Both the position numbers and the translations under genes were made by a program. A DNA stretch of 64,000 nt from an uncultured Eubacteriales bacterium. GTDB lineage: Bacteria > Bacillota > Clostridia > Oscillospirales > Acutalibacteraceae. Below the pieces are notes generated by a model. It saw only the letters and a program-made list of their open reading frames with translations, had not been told where the DNA came from and made no database searches. The stretch is from assembly GCA_964421815.1 (NCBI GenBank), contig CAYQYT010000002.1, positions 33,396 to 97,395 on the forward strand. The letters are read 5' to 3'. This document shows positions 36,555-45,907 of this stretch, piece after piece; the first letter of the stretch is position 1; the number at the start of each line of letters is the position of its first letter.

Positions 36555-36800
36555 CACTGCCACTAAAAGTGGTGAGTAAGTGCGCCTTTAACTTCAAGTG
36601 ATATTCTTTCCTTCGGAAAGAGTGATATTATGCACTTTTCGGCATAGTGATATTGAAATCTTCGATTTCAGTGTTATTTTATTCGCATAAAACTGTCCGA
36701 AGGACAATATCACAATGCGTAGCATTATATAACTGCGAAGCAATATCACTCGCCGTATGGCGAATAAAACTGCGTGAGTGTCCTCTGGACACCCACGCAT
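36555..36800. repeat. array of short hairpins punctuated by GTGATATT (left half) and AATATCAC (right half) octamers
   Basis: GTGATATT occurs at 36598, 36622 and 36647, with a degenerate copy at 36671. AATATCAC occurs at 36706 and 36742. Interleaved mini-hairpins include CTTTCC-ttcg-GAAAG, GAAATC-ttc-GATTTC, GTCC-gaa-GGAC, AATGC-gta-GCATT, CGCC-gtat-GGCG and GCGTGAGTGTCC-tct-GGACACCCACGC. Confidence 0.75.
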
Positions 36801-36905
36801 TACAGTCCCTCTTTCTTATTCTGTTTTTAGTCATTATTTATAAAAAATCACAATATTTTTCTAAACAAATTCGTCCTTTTTTTTCAACAGAAAACATAAA
36901 AACTA

Positions 36906-36933
36906 TTGATTATTTTATCTTTTATGGTATTAT
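36906..36933 (+). promoter_or_regulatory. possible sigma-A promoter (extended -10) for the pilus operon
   Basis: TTGATT, 16 nt, TGgTATTAT. The region is very AT-rich, so alternatives exist. Confidence 0.3.
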
Positions 36934-37058
36934 ATATATGTATATTGTCTTATTGTGTTTAATAGGCGATTTATAAAATGGATTTGTATAATTATTACAT
37001 AATTCCTAATTGATTAAATTATTTTTAGGTAATTATATACTGATTTGGAGGCTTGTTT

Positions 37059-37580
37059 ATGGCACTTGAATTACCCAAATTAACAAAAAAAGAAAAACAA
37101 CCCGGTGAAAAATCTCAGCTCGCCTTGAAGGTTGGACAGTTTTTCGAGAAAAATCCGATTATGAAGATAATCATTCCGGTGATTCTTTTTCTGATTCTTG
37201 TTGCGGTTTTTCTATTGGTAATTTTCGGTGACGGTGTTTTGACCGATGACGAAAACGCGGACACAACGGCGAATTCCGCCGGAACTAACGAGGTTCAGGT
37301 CGTCCCGGGAAACAACATCATCAGAGATAAAGAAATTACTAAGCTGATTGACAATGATCCTCTTTCTCCCGATATTCTTGCCACCGCCACTTACACCGGC
37401 TCGGTTACGGGATCAAGCGGTTTGAAAACCGCACTTATTCAAATCGGTACATCCGGTGATACATTGGTTCTTTCGGCAGGTGAAACAATCGGGGATTCCG
37501 ATTGGGAACTTATAGAAATTTACTCCGACTATGTTGTTTTTAAAGCCGGTAACATAACTAAGAAATTGGAATTAGCCTAA
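37059..37580 (+). CDS. PilP-like bitopic pilus alignment protein
   Basis: Trimmed to the ATG at 37059 (GGAGG 7 nt upstream), giving 173 aa with an N-terminal TM. The C-terminal beta domain follows the PilP/GspC-HR pattern: LATATYTGSVTGSSGLKTALIQIGTSGDTLVLSAGETIGDSDWELIEIYSDYVVFKAGN. Confidence 0.5.
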   Translation: MALELPKLTKKEKQPGEKSQLALKVGQFFEKNPIMKIIIPVILFLILVAVFLLVIFGDGVLTDDENADTTANSAGTNEVQVVPGNNIIRDKEITKLIDNDPLSPDILATATYTGSVTGSSGLKTALIQIGTSGDTLVLSAGETIGDSDWELIEIYSDYVVFKAGNITKKLELA

Positions 37581-37627
37581 TACTTAAAGTAAACTATTTT
37601 ATTCTACATAAATAGGGGGATTTTCAG

Positions 37628-39424
37628 ATGAAAACAAACAAACGCAAAATGAGGTCAATTGGCATTTTTGCCCTTGTACTTGTTCTGCTTGTGAGCATGA
37701 TTTTACCGCTCTCAGCAGCCGGCAGTGCCATTGACGAAGCAATGGGAACCTATGTGGTTAAGCAGGGTGATACACTTTCTTCCATTGCCGCGGCTCACGG
37801 TGTTACCGTTTCAGACATTGTAACATCCAACGGAATTTCTGCTTCTGCAGAGCTTTATGCAGGTCAGAAACTTTCCATTCCCGGTGCGGTTAATATCGAG
37901 GACGACTCCACTACATATTACGGCACATCAAGTTCCATTTCCATTAACTTTAAGGATGCGGACCTTATCGGTGCTCTCGAAACCGTTCTTGCTCACACGG
38001 GCTACACAATGATTTTTAAGGGCAGCACCACAACTGTTCCCGAAATTTCTCTTGATAATGTGTCACCTCTTACAGCCATTGACTATATTCTTCGTATGGT
38101 TGATATGACTTATATCAAGAATGATGACATGATCTATGTGGGTACAGCCGGCGACCTTAACTCAAGTTTTGCAGACAGCGAAGCCCTTACCAAATTCTCT
38201 CTCAAATATATTTCTACCGATACGTTGACTTCTCAACTTTCAACACTCGGCGTCAGCGTTAAGCTCGTTAAGGTTGATATCAACCTCAGAGAATTTTGGC
38301 TCAGCGGTACACCCATGCAGCTTGCCAAAGTTAATCAGCTTATTAAACTCCTTGATAATAAAAAGAATACAACTATCAGTAGTGCAAAGATTAGTTCAAG
38401 TCTTACCGCTATTGAAATGAAACATATTTCCGCCAGCGAGTTCAGCAGTTTGCTTGGTTCTCTCGGCCTTCATACCGGTATCGTTATGAGTGCCCACCCC
38501 ATGACACTTTTTGTATATGCTTCAGGCGATGCTTATAAAGACATTATGAGAGTTAAGAAACTCGTTGACTACTATGACGAAAATGCTGCCGAAAACACAG
38601 AAACAGAGGGTACAACGGATGTTGCAGGAGACGGCACAACAGGTGGCACAACGGGTGGCACAACGGGTGGCACAACCGGTGGTACAACAGGCGGTACAAC
38701 CGGCGGCACAACCGGTGGTACAACAGGTGGTACAACAGGTGGTACAACAGGCGGTACAACAGGCGGTTCAACAGATGTTGTGATCAGCGACGGCGAAACC
38801 TCACTTGTAAAAATTGACCTTCAGTACATTACAAAAGAAGATGCAAGCCAAATAGTTACTACATTCGGTTATGATGTTGAAATACTCGGCCTCGATCTCT
38901 ATGAAAAGAGAATTTGGATCCAGGGTGAGGCAGAAGAAGTTGAAGAAGCAGTTGCAAGAATAAAAGAAAACGATACTGCCGAAAACGACGCAACAAAGAT
39001 ATTCTTCAAATACGAGCTTCAGAATATTGTTGCCTCCGAACTTCAGAGCAAGGTTGGTTTCGTTAACCTTGACGATGTTGAATTCTACTTCGGCTCATAT
39101 CCTCAGCAGACTAAATCCATTATGGTATATTGCAGCAAGAACAAGGAAGCAGAGGTTAAGGAAATCATAGCCTCTCTTGATAACAACCTTGACAAAATGT
39201 ATTATCCCATTGAAAATATTCTAAGTGATGAGGCTCTGGCATCTGCAAGACTGAAGATGGATCTTGTTGTTGAGCTTCTCCACAACCCGGAAATCAATAG
39301 TAGTACTTTTGCTGTGTCCGGCGATCTTGATTCAACTGATGACGGCGTAAAATATGTTATTTATGTTTACGCTTCTCCCGAAAACATTGACCTTATTACA
39401 GATATGTGGGGCAAGATAGGCTAA
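37628..39424 (+). CDS. secreted LysM protein with a secretin N0-like domain and about four NolW/Secretin_N-type ring-building modules, but no secretin beta-barrel domain
   Basis: 598 aa with a signal peptide. The LysM domain is YVVKQGDTLSSIAAAHGVTVSDIVTSNGI...YAGQKLSIP. The N0-like domain is ISINFKDADLIGALETVLAHTGYTMIFKG...ISLDNVSPLTAIDYILRMVDMTYIKNDDMIYVG. Repeated modules of the type TKFSLKYISTDTLTSQLSTLG...LSGTPMQLAKVNQLIKLLD follow, plus a (GGTT)n linker. Confidence 0.6.
   Translation: MKTNKRKMRSIGIFALVLVLLVSMILPLSAAGSAIDEAMGTYVVKQGDTLSSIAAAHGVTVSDIVTSNGISASAELYAGQKLSIPGAVNIEDDSTTYYGTSSSISINFKDADLIGALETVLAHTGYTMIFKGSTTTVPEISLDNVSPLTAIDYILRMVDMTYIKNDDMIYVGTAGDLNSSFADSEALTKFSLKYISTDTLTSQLSTLGVSVKLVKVDINLREFWLSGTPMQLAKVNQLIKLLDNKKNTTISSAKISSSLTAIEMKHISASEFSSLLGSLGLHTGIVMSAHPMTLFVYASGDAYKDIMRVKKLVDYYDENAAENTETEGTTDVAGDGTTGGTTGGTTGGTTGGTTGGTTGGTTGGTTGGTTGGTTGGTTGGSTDVVISDGETSLVKIDLQYITKEDASQIVTTFGYDVEILGLDLYEKRIWIQGEAEEVEEAVARIKENDTAENDATKIFFKYELQNIVASELQSKVGFVNLDDVEFYFGSYPQQTKSIMVYCSKNKEAEVKEIIASLDNNLDKMYYPIENILSDEALASARLKMDLVVELLHNPEINSSTFAVSGDLDSTDDGVKYVIYVYASPENIDLITDMWGKIG
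38633..38773 (+). repeat. in-frame 12-nt tandem repeat (about 11-12 copies of GGY ACA ACN GGN) encoding the (GTTG)n linker
   Basis: Direct reading of the sequence. Copies differ only at wobble positions. Confidence 0.95.
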
Positions 39425-39449
39425 AAACTTTTCATTTGGAGTGACTGAA

Positions 39450-40538
39450 ATGGAATATATAAATCAACCGAGTATGTATCCCGTGAACCTTGAGCAATTG
39501 CTCAGGCTCACGGTTGAGAAAAAAGGCTCCGACCTTCATATCGTTGTAGGTATGCCTCCTTGCATTCGTATTGACGGCGACATCGTTAAGCAGGATTTTC
39601 CCCCTATGACTCCTCCGGATGTCGAGAATATGCTTATGCAAGTATTATCGGACAAACACAAAAGAGAATTGCACGATAATTTGGAACTTGATATTTCCTA
39701 TTCGGTCCCCAAATGTGCTCGTTTCAGAGGTAATATTATTGTTCAGCGCGGTACTCTCGCCGCGGTTTTCAGAGCAATTCCCTTTGAAATTCCCACTCTT
39801 GACAAATTAGGTTTACCTGCCGATGTAAGAAGACTTTGTTCTCTTCCCCGTGGACTTATACTTGTTACAGGCCCCACCGGTAGCGGCAAATCAACTACTC
39901 TTGCGGCAATGCTAAACCACATGAATATAAACTATGAATATAACATAGTTACCATTGAGGACCCCATTGAGTTCTTACATTCCCATAAACGTTCCATCGT
40001 CAGACAGCGTGAGTTGGGCGGAGATACACTCAGTTTTAACAATGCGTTGAGAACGGTTCTTCGTCACGACCCGGACGTTATTATGATCGGTGAAATGCGT
40101 GACCCGGAAAGTATCAGTATCGCTCTTACGGCGGCTGAAACAGGTCACCTTGTTCTATCAACATTACATACACAGACTGCTCCGCTGACAATTTCCCGTA
40201 TTATCGACTCTTTCCCCAGCGAACAGCAGAACCAAATCAGAAGCCAGCTTTCCAATACTTTGCGTGCTGTTATTTCCCAACAACTAATGCCTCGTTTAGG
40301 CGGCGGCCGTGTTTCTGCGGTTGAGTATATGGTGGATACTCCCGCTATCAGAAATATGATTCGTGAGGGTAAGGACCATCAGCTTTACAGCACCATGCAG
40401 ACCGCTCAAAAAGAGGGCATGCAGACAATGGACCAGGCTCTTCTTAAACTGCTCAGAGAACAGAAAATCAGCAGAGAATCTGTTTTGGAAAACTGTGTTG
40501 AAAGAGCGGAAATTCTCAGACAAATGCAGATGTATTGA
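39450..40538 (+). CDS. pilT: type IV pilus retraction ATPase PilT
   Basis: Trimmed to the ATG at 39450, giving 362 aa. There is no N-terminal GspE-N domain. Motifs are Walker A GPTGSGKST, an Asp box, a His box and the PilT signature AIRNMIREGK. Confidence 0.85.
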   Translation: MEYINQPSMYPVNLEQLLRLTVEKKGSDLHIVVGMPPCIRIDGDIVKQDFPPMTPPDVENMLMQVLSDKHKRELHDNLELDISYSVPKCARFRGNIIVQRGTLAAVFRAIPFEIPTLDKLGLPADVRRLCSLPRGLILVTGPTGSGKSTTLAAMLNHMNINYEYNIVTIEDPIEFLHSHKRSIVRQRELGGDTLSFNNALRTVLRHDPDVIMIGEMRDPESISIALTAAETGHLVLSTLHTQTAPLTISRIIDSFPSEQQNQIRSQLSNTLRAVISQQLMPRLGGGRVSAVEYMVDTPAIRNMIREGKDHQLYSTMQTAQKEGMQTMDQALLKLLREQKISRESVLENCVERAEILRQMQMY

Positions 40539-40571
40539 TAAATATTTTTATTATCCAAAGGGGGCAGACTA

Positions 40572-41771
40572 TTGGATTTTACGTATGAAGCCTTAAACCG
40601 ACAAGGTCAGTCAATAACCGGTAAAGTTGTTGCAAACAATACCAGCGAAGCCTATGAAAAACTTCGTGAGGCGGGTGTTGTTGTTACAAAACTTACCGAA
40701 GTAAAAGGCAAGAATGTCAAAAAAACAAAAAGTAAAAAAGTCGGACTTGCAGATATGTCCATGTTTGCGCGTCAGCTTTCTGCGATGATTAGTGCGGGTA
40801 TTCCCGTTACTCAGGCCATGCAGACTCTTGTCGGTCAGACTACCAACCAGACCCTTGCAAATGCTATAAGTAATATTGCTGATGATGTTGAGGGCGGTAC
40901 AGCTCTTTCCGAAGCATTCCTTGCGCAAAGACCGGTATTTTCGGATCTTTTCTGTTCAATGATTGCTGCCGGTGAAATGGGCGGTATGCTTGACAAAACC
41001 TTGCTTGCCATGTCCAACCAGTTACATAAGGACAAACAGCTGAAAGACTCCGTTAAGTCTGCAACATCCTACCCCAAGATGGTTGGTTCCTTTGCTATTG
41101 TTGTTCTTTTTGCGATGCTTATTTTTATGGTTCCCACATTCCAAGGAATGACTACAACCGTTGAAAATCTGAACCCCATTACAGAGTTTGTTTATTTCCT
41201 GTCAGAGTCCTTGAGGGCATATTGGTACATAATTTTCCCCGGAATCGGTGTTTTCATTTTCGTTTTGATTAAGGTAATAAAATCACCTCCGGTTCAGCAT
41301 TTTTGGGAAAATCACAAAATGCAGTGCCCCGTTGTCGGCGAACTGATTACAAAGACAATTCTCGCCCGTTTCTGCCGTATTTTTGCAACACTCATCGGCG
41401 GCGGTGTTACAGCCGTTAAAGCCCTTGAAACTGCGGGCCCCACTTCCGGTTCAAAACTTATTGAGGCGGCAGTTACGAAGGCAATTGAAGAAGTTGAAAA
41501 CGGTGGTACAATCCACGAATCCCTGGATGAATCGGGACTTTTCCCTCCCATGCTTATCGGTATGATTGCAATCGGTGAGGAAGCCGGTACACTTCCCACC
41601 ATGCTTGACAAGGTTGCGGAGTTTTATGAGGAAGACGTTGATACCCTTGCAAAGAGTTTGGGTTCAACTCTCGAACCCATTATGCTTGTAGGTCTTGCAA
41701 GTATCGTTGGTTTCTTGATTATCGCCCTCTATCTTCCTATTTTCCAGGCAACAACAGCAACTCCGACATAA
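40572..41771 (+). CDS. pilC: type IV pilus platform protein PilC (GspF family)
   Basis: 399 aa, with a TTG start preceded by AAGGGGG. It has two T2SS-F repeats and three TM helices. Confidence 0.85.
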   Translation: MDFTYEALNRQGQSITGKVVANNTSEAYEKLREAGVVVTKLTEVKGKNVKKTKSKKVGLADMSMFARQLSAMISAGIPVTQAMQTLVGQTTNQTLANAISNIADDVEGGTALSEAFLAQRPVFSDLFCSMIAAGEMGGMLDKTLLAMSNQLHKDKQLKDSVKSATSYPKMVGSFAIVVLFAMLIFMVPTFQGMTTTVENLNPITEFVYFLSESLRAYWYIIFPGIGVFIFVLIKVIKSPPVQHFWENHKMQCPVVGELITKTILARFCRIFATLIGGGVTAVKALETAGPTSGSKLIEAAVTKAIEEVENGGTIHESLDESGLFPPMLIGMIAIGEEAGTLPTMLDKVAEFYEEDVDTLAKSLGSTLEPIMLVGLASIVGFLIIALYLPIFQATTATPT

Positions 41772-41814
41772 ACTGTATTAAAAATCAAAAATCCTTCGCA
41801 AAGGAGCAGATATA

Positions 41815-42786
41815 ATGGCTAAAGTGAACAGTGCTATCGGCATTGAATACAACTCACACGAAATTAAAGCCACAGAGCTTTATAAACATTCGGACGGCAG
41901 ATTTGAGATTCTTGCCGTTGGAAAAGCAACCTTAGAGGATTCTGTTATCGGAAACGGTATGATTTTGGATAGTGTCCTTTTCGGTAGCGCACTTAATGAT
42001 ATTATCGCAAACGGAAAATTCAATAAAAATGCTCCGGTTGTAGTTGGTGTTAATAACGAAAATGTTATTATGCGTTACGCAACATTTCCCAAGGTTCCCA
42101 GCGATAAATTAAGAGGTGTTGTTACTATGCAGGCACAGGAATTTATTCCTGTTCCCATTTCGGAGTTGGGGTTGGATTTCGTTGTTATTGATGAAACAAC
42201 CGATGATGATGACCAACCTGCATTGAATGTTATGCTTGTGGGTGCAAGGAATATTATGCTGCAAAACCTCATACAGAACTTTGAAGAAGTAAAGCTGGAG
42301 GTTGTGGATATTGACAGTTCGTTCCTGGCTTGGTGTCGAGTGGCTATTGATGAAATCAATCCGGAGGAAGTTGTCGGATTTATTTGCTTAACCGATGATG
42401 TTCTCGACTTCGTAGCCATTGCGGATAAAGAAATTAAAATGGTTCGTTCAATCAATATTCCCGACCGTGCAACAATTGAGGTAAAGAAAGCCTTCAACGA
42501 TCCCGACGAAGTGGTTAGTACGGAAATGGATATAATTGTTGATTTACTGCAATCCGAACTTTCCTCATCAATAAATTATTTCCAAATGCAAACGGGATAC
42601 GTTATGAATAAAGTTCTTTTCACAGCGGCTACCGCCTTGGAAAAAGAAATTGTGGAAAAACTTTCGGAAAAAAGCTATGTTCCTCTTGAAATACCGGAAT
42701 TTTATAAGGATTTTTCAAATGAAACGTTTGATGCAAGTGAATTTGCCGGATGCATCAGTCTTGCAAAGGCAGCATTGGAGGGATAA
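41815..42786 (+). CDS. pilM: type IV pilus assembly protein PilM (actin-like ATPase fold)
   Basis: 323 aa with RBS AAGGAG. It has a PilM-like N-terminus (IGIEYNSHEIKATEL) and sits directly before pilN with a TAATG overlap. Confidence 0.75.
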   Translation: MAKVNSAIGIEYNSHEIKATELYKHSDGRFEILAVGKATLEDSVIGNGMILDSVLFGSALNDIIANGKFNKNAPVVVGVNNENVIMRYATFPKVPSDKLRGVVTMQAQEFIPVPISELGLDFVVIDETTDDDDQPALNVMLVGARNIMLQNLIQNFEEVKLEVVDIDSSFLAWCRVAIDEINPEEVVGFICLTDDVLDFVAIADKEIKMVRSINIPDRATIEVKKAFNDPDEVVSTEMDIIVDLLQSELSSSINYFQMQTGYVMNKVLFTAATALEKEIVEKLSEKSYVPLEIPEFYKDFSNETFDASEFAGCISLAKAALEG

Positions 42787-43415
42787 TGGTGAAATACAAA
42801 GTTAGTTTGCTTCCCGAGCAAAACAGGAAGCGTTTAAACAATAAGAAAAAACTTGAAAAAATTAAAATCAATACCCTTATAACTTTGTTTGTATTGGCTC
42901 TGTTTGCCTTTGTTGTTATGGGCACAACGATTTATGCCAACGGACAGTTGAAAAAAGCAAAAGCGCTTGATAATGAAAGTGCCCAGGAGGTTGCTCAGCT
43001 TGAGCAGTTCCGTGAAATTAACGCAAATCTTCAAAGCAAGGTTCAGCTTATTGAAAGTATTCAGGTTAATGAGCCCATGCTTGTGAACTTTATAGCAAGT
43101 GTGTCAAATTTACGTTCACCCGGTGTTTCAATACAGGGTTTTGAATGTACGGATTGGAAAGTATCCCGTGTTTGTAATTTAACAGGTACCTGCGACAATC
43201 GTAAACAGTATCTGGCTTTTGAAGAATCTGTGGGAAAAATGGAAGGAGTTTCGGGAGTTACCTGCGTTTCCTATGTTCAGGGTACTGCGGAAACCGATGG
43301 TGTTGCTTTTGCAATTTCGGTAACTTGCTCCGGCGGTTCCGCACCCGTGGAAACAGCACCCCCTGAAACAGCCGCAGCAACAACGGACGAAGCAACCGAT
43401 GTTGCAGTAGAATAA
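42786..43415 (+). CDS. pilN: PilN-like bitopic protein
   Basis: Trimmed to the ATG at 42786. MVKYKVSLLPEQNRKRL carries the conserved LLP motif, followed by a TM and a coiled coil. The C-terminus is an A/T/E-rich extension. Confidence 0.7.
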   Translation: MVKYKVSLLPEQNRKRLNNKKKLEKIKINTLITLFVLALFAFVVMGTTIYANGQLKKAKALDNESAQEVAQLEQFREINANLQSKVQLIESIQVNEPMLVNFIASVSNLRSPGVSIQGFECTDWKVSRVCNLTGTCDNRKQYLAFEESVGKMEGVSGVTCVSYVQGTAETDGVAFAISVTCSGGSAPVETAPPETAAATTDEATDVAVE

Positions 43416-43430
43416 GGAGAGGAGACGTTT

Positions 43431-44006
43431 ATGAAAAATAAAAATATTAACTTAAAAGATATAAAAAACTCTCCTTACACCTCGGCGGTTGCATTGATTT
43501 TGGTAGTTATTTTGGTTATAGCTGCCATAGTGTATTCCGTATTAGGAATATTTGAAACAAAGAAAGAAATTGTTGAAGCACGAGAGTCTTATCAGAATAA
43601 TTTAAAAGAGATTGCAATTCTTGAAGAACTCCGAGCACAGAGTGAAAAAGCCGAGGCACAGTTGGAGATTTATAAGGGAATTCTTCCCGATGAACTGGGA
43701 GATGTATATATACTTCAAGAAGATGTTATCAGAACATGCAAAGATTTTTCCCTTGATGTTTCTGCAATAGAGGTATCCCAGGTTCAGGAACAGACACAGG
43801 AAACAAAATTTGTTTTAAGTGTTCAAGGCACCTTTGAAAATATATATAACTATATGGCTTATGTTTCATCTCTTGAACAGATGCACAGATTTGATTCTCT
43901 TGTTTTAACAAAAACAGAGGACGACAAATATAATGCAGATATCACTCTTACGATACTCTCGCAAAACGGTGCGGAAGGCATTGTAGCTGTTGCGGCTGAG
44001 GGTTAA
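43431..44006 (+). CDS. pilO: PilO-like bitopic protein
   Basis: 191 aa with a TM, a coiled coil and a ferredoxin-like C-domain (FVLSVQGTFENIYNYMAYVSSLEQMHRFDSLVL). Confidence 0.7.
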   Translation: MKNKNINLKDIKNSPYTSAVALILVVILVIAAIVYSVLGIFETKKEIVEARESYQNNLKEIAILEELRAQSEKAEAQLEIYKGILPDELGDVYILQEDVIRTCKDFSLDVSAIEVSQVQEQTQETKFVLSVQGTFENIYNYMAYVSSLEQMHRFDSLVLTKTEDDKYNADITLTILSQNGAEGIVAVAAEG

Positions 44007-44121
44007 AATACTTTAGGTTTACCAAAAATATAAGAATTGCGGGCAGATAGTTTATTACAATAACGATTAACTCGCAGTTCTTGTTGGCTTTTAATTATGC
44101 GTTTGGAAAGGGAAGTTTGTT

Positions 44122-45822
44122 TTGGCAGATATGAATATAGTAATTCCCGGTACTGTGGGTTATTTTCTTGTAAAAAACGGCACGATTACCGAGGAACAGT
44201 TGCTTAATGCATTGGAAATACAAAAGGAAAGCAAAGCATTATTGGGAACAATTCTTGTAAATGAGGGGTATTGCACGGAAAGGGATGTTGCCGCTGCCCT
44301 TGCTACTAAAACCGGTTGCAAACTTGTTTCCATTGAAGAAGTAGGAATAAATTTTGCAATTGCAAATATAATTCCTCCGGATATTGTTGCACGAAAAGGT
44401 GTTCTTCCCCTTTATCAGGAAGAAAAGAGACTTTTCGTTGTTATGCGTAACCCAAATGATATTGTTACAAGAGATAACCTTTCCATCATTACAGGCGGAA
44501 TGGAAATCGTTCCCCTTGTATCAACGGATACGGAACTTAATGTTGCCATTGATACAATATTAAATAACGCAAACAGCATAGATGCATATGATGAAGATGA
44601 GATATCCGAAGATGAGCTTGATTCTCTTGAACAGCTTGCTGCGGATGAAAAACCCGCAGTTCAGCTTGTTAACCAGGTTATTACAAATGCGGTTAAGTCC
44701 GGCGCATCCGATATTCATATTGAGCCAATGGAAAAAAACATGCGTGTTCGTCTTCGTATAGACGGCGTTTTGCATGAGGTTCTCCAACAACCGATCAAAC
44801 TTCATGCTGCGGTTTCATCCCGTGTTAAAGTTATCGGCGGTATGGACATTGCGGAAAGACGTGTTCCCCAGGACGGACGTACAACCGTTAAGGTTGATGA
44901 CAGAACATTTGATATTCGTATTGCGGTTCTTCCCTCCGTATATGGCGAAAAAATTGTTATGCGTCTTTTGGAACGCGGTGCAAAGTCAGTTCAGCTTAAA
45001 GATATCAAATTTTCTCCCGCACAGTCGGAGAGGTTTATGAAAACAATATTTATGCCCTACGGTTTCCTGCTTGTTACAGGTCCTACCGGTAGCGGTAAGT
45101 CAACAACACTTTACGCAACTCTTTCAGAGGTTAGCGACATTACAAAGCACGTTATTACTCTTGAAGACCCTGTTGAGCGCAGAATGCCCGGCCTTTGCCA
45201 GGTTCAGATGAATACCCGTGCGGGTATGACCTTTGCGGCGGCTCTTCGTTCCGTTCTCCGTGCCGACCCGGATATCGTCATGGTCGGTGAAATTCGTGAC
45301 GGTGAAACTGCGAAAATCGCTGTTGAATCCGCTCTTACAGGACACATGGTTTTCTCCACACTCCATACAAACGACGCTCCCAGTGCGGTTACCCGTCTTG
45401 ATGAAATGGGTGTTGAGCCCTTCCTTACGGCTTCATCCCTTGTTGGTGTTTTGGCACAGCGTCTTGTTCGTGTGCTTTGCCCCAGATGTAAGGAAGCGGT
45501 TGATGTAACGTACCGTGAACTTCGTAACAGTATGGAAGATTTCCCTATTCCCGAGGGAAAAACACTTGACGATACAGTAAGAATTTATCAACCCAAGGGC
45601 TGCATTGCTTGCAGTAACACCGGCTATAAAGGACGTCAAGGTGTATTTGAATTCTTACAGATTACTCCGGAAATGAAAACCCTGATTCTTCAGCGTTCCG
45701 GTGTTCAGGAAATCAAGGATTTGGCAATGGCACAGGGTATGCAGACCTTGCGCCAGGAAGGTATCGCAAAAATTCTTGAAGGTACAACCTCGGTAGAAGA
45801 AGTTCTTCGTGTTATCGTATAA
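44122..45822 (+). CDS. pilB: type IV pilus extension ATPase PilB (GspE family)
   Basis: 566 aa. It has an N-terminal GspE-N/MshEN-like domain, Walker A GPTGSGKST and the tetracysteine motif CPRC...CIAC. The start could be TTG 44122 or ATG 44131. Confidence 0.9.
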   Translation: MADMNIVIPGTVGYFLVKNGTITEEQLLNALEIQKESKALLGTILVNEGYCTERDVAAALATKTGCKLVSIEEVGINFAIANIIPPDIVARKGVLPLYQEEKRLFVVMRNPNDIVTRDNLSIITGGMEIVPLVSTDTELNVAIDTILNNANSIDAYDEDEISEDELDSLEQLAADEKPAVQLVNQVITNAVKSGASDIHIEPMEKNMRVRLRIDGVLHEVLQQPIKLHAAVSSRVKVIGGMDIAERRVPQDGRTTVKVDDRTFDIRIAVLPSVYGEKIVMRLLERGAKSVQLKDIKFSPAQSERFMKTIFMPYGFLLVTGPTGSGKSTTLYATLSEVSDITKHVITLEDPVERRMPGLCQVQMNTRAGMTFAAALRSVLRADPDIVMVGEIRDGETAKIAVESALTGHMVFSTLHTNDAPSAVTRLDEMGVEPFLTASSLVGVLAQRLVRVLCPRCKEAVDVTYRELRNSMEDFPIPEGKTLDDTVRIYQPKGCIACSNTGYKGRQGVFEFLQITPEMKTLILQRSGVQEIKDLAMAQGMQTLRQEGIAKILEGTTSVEEVLRVIV

Positions 45823-45907
45823 TTCTACGGTTTACAAGGTGGGTTAAGTTTTAAATCGTGCGTGGCTTATTATTTATCTGAAAGTCGGAAAGAAAGGATT
45901 TGAGACT

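Noticed and set aside
38553-38783. 72-aa ORFs on both strands across the GGTT repeat
   Set aside because: They are alternative-frame and antisense readings of the 12-nt tandem repeat (Q/V/A or L/Y/H/R repeats). The LysM/secretin-N ORF reads through in frame.
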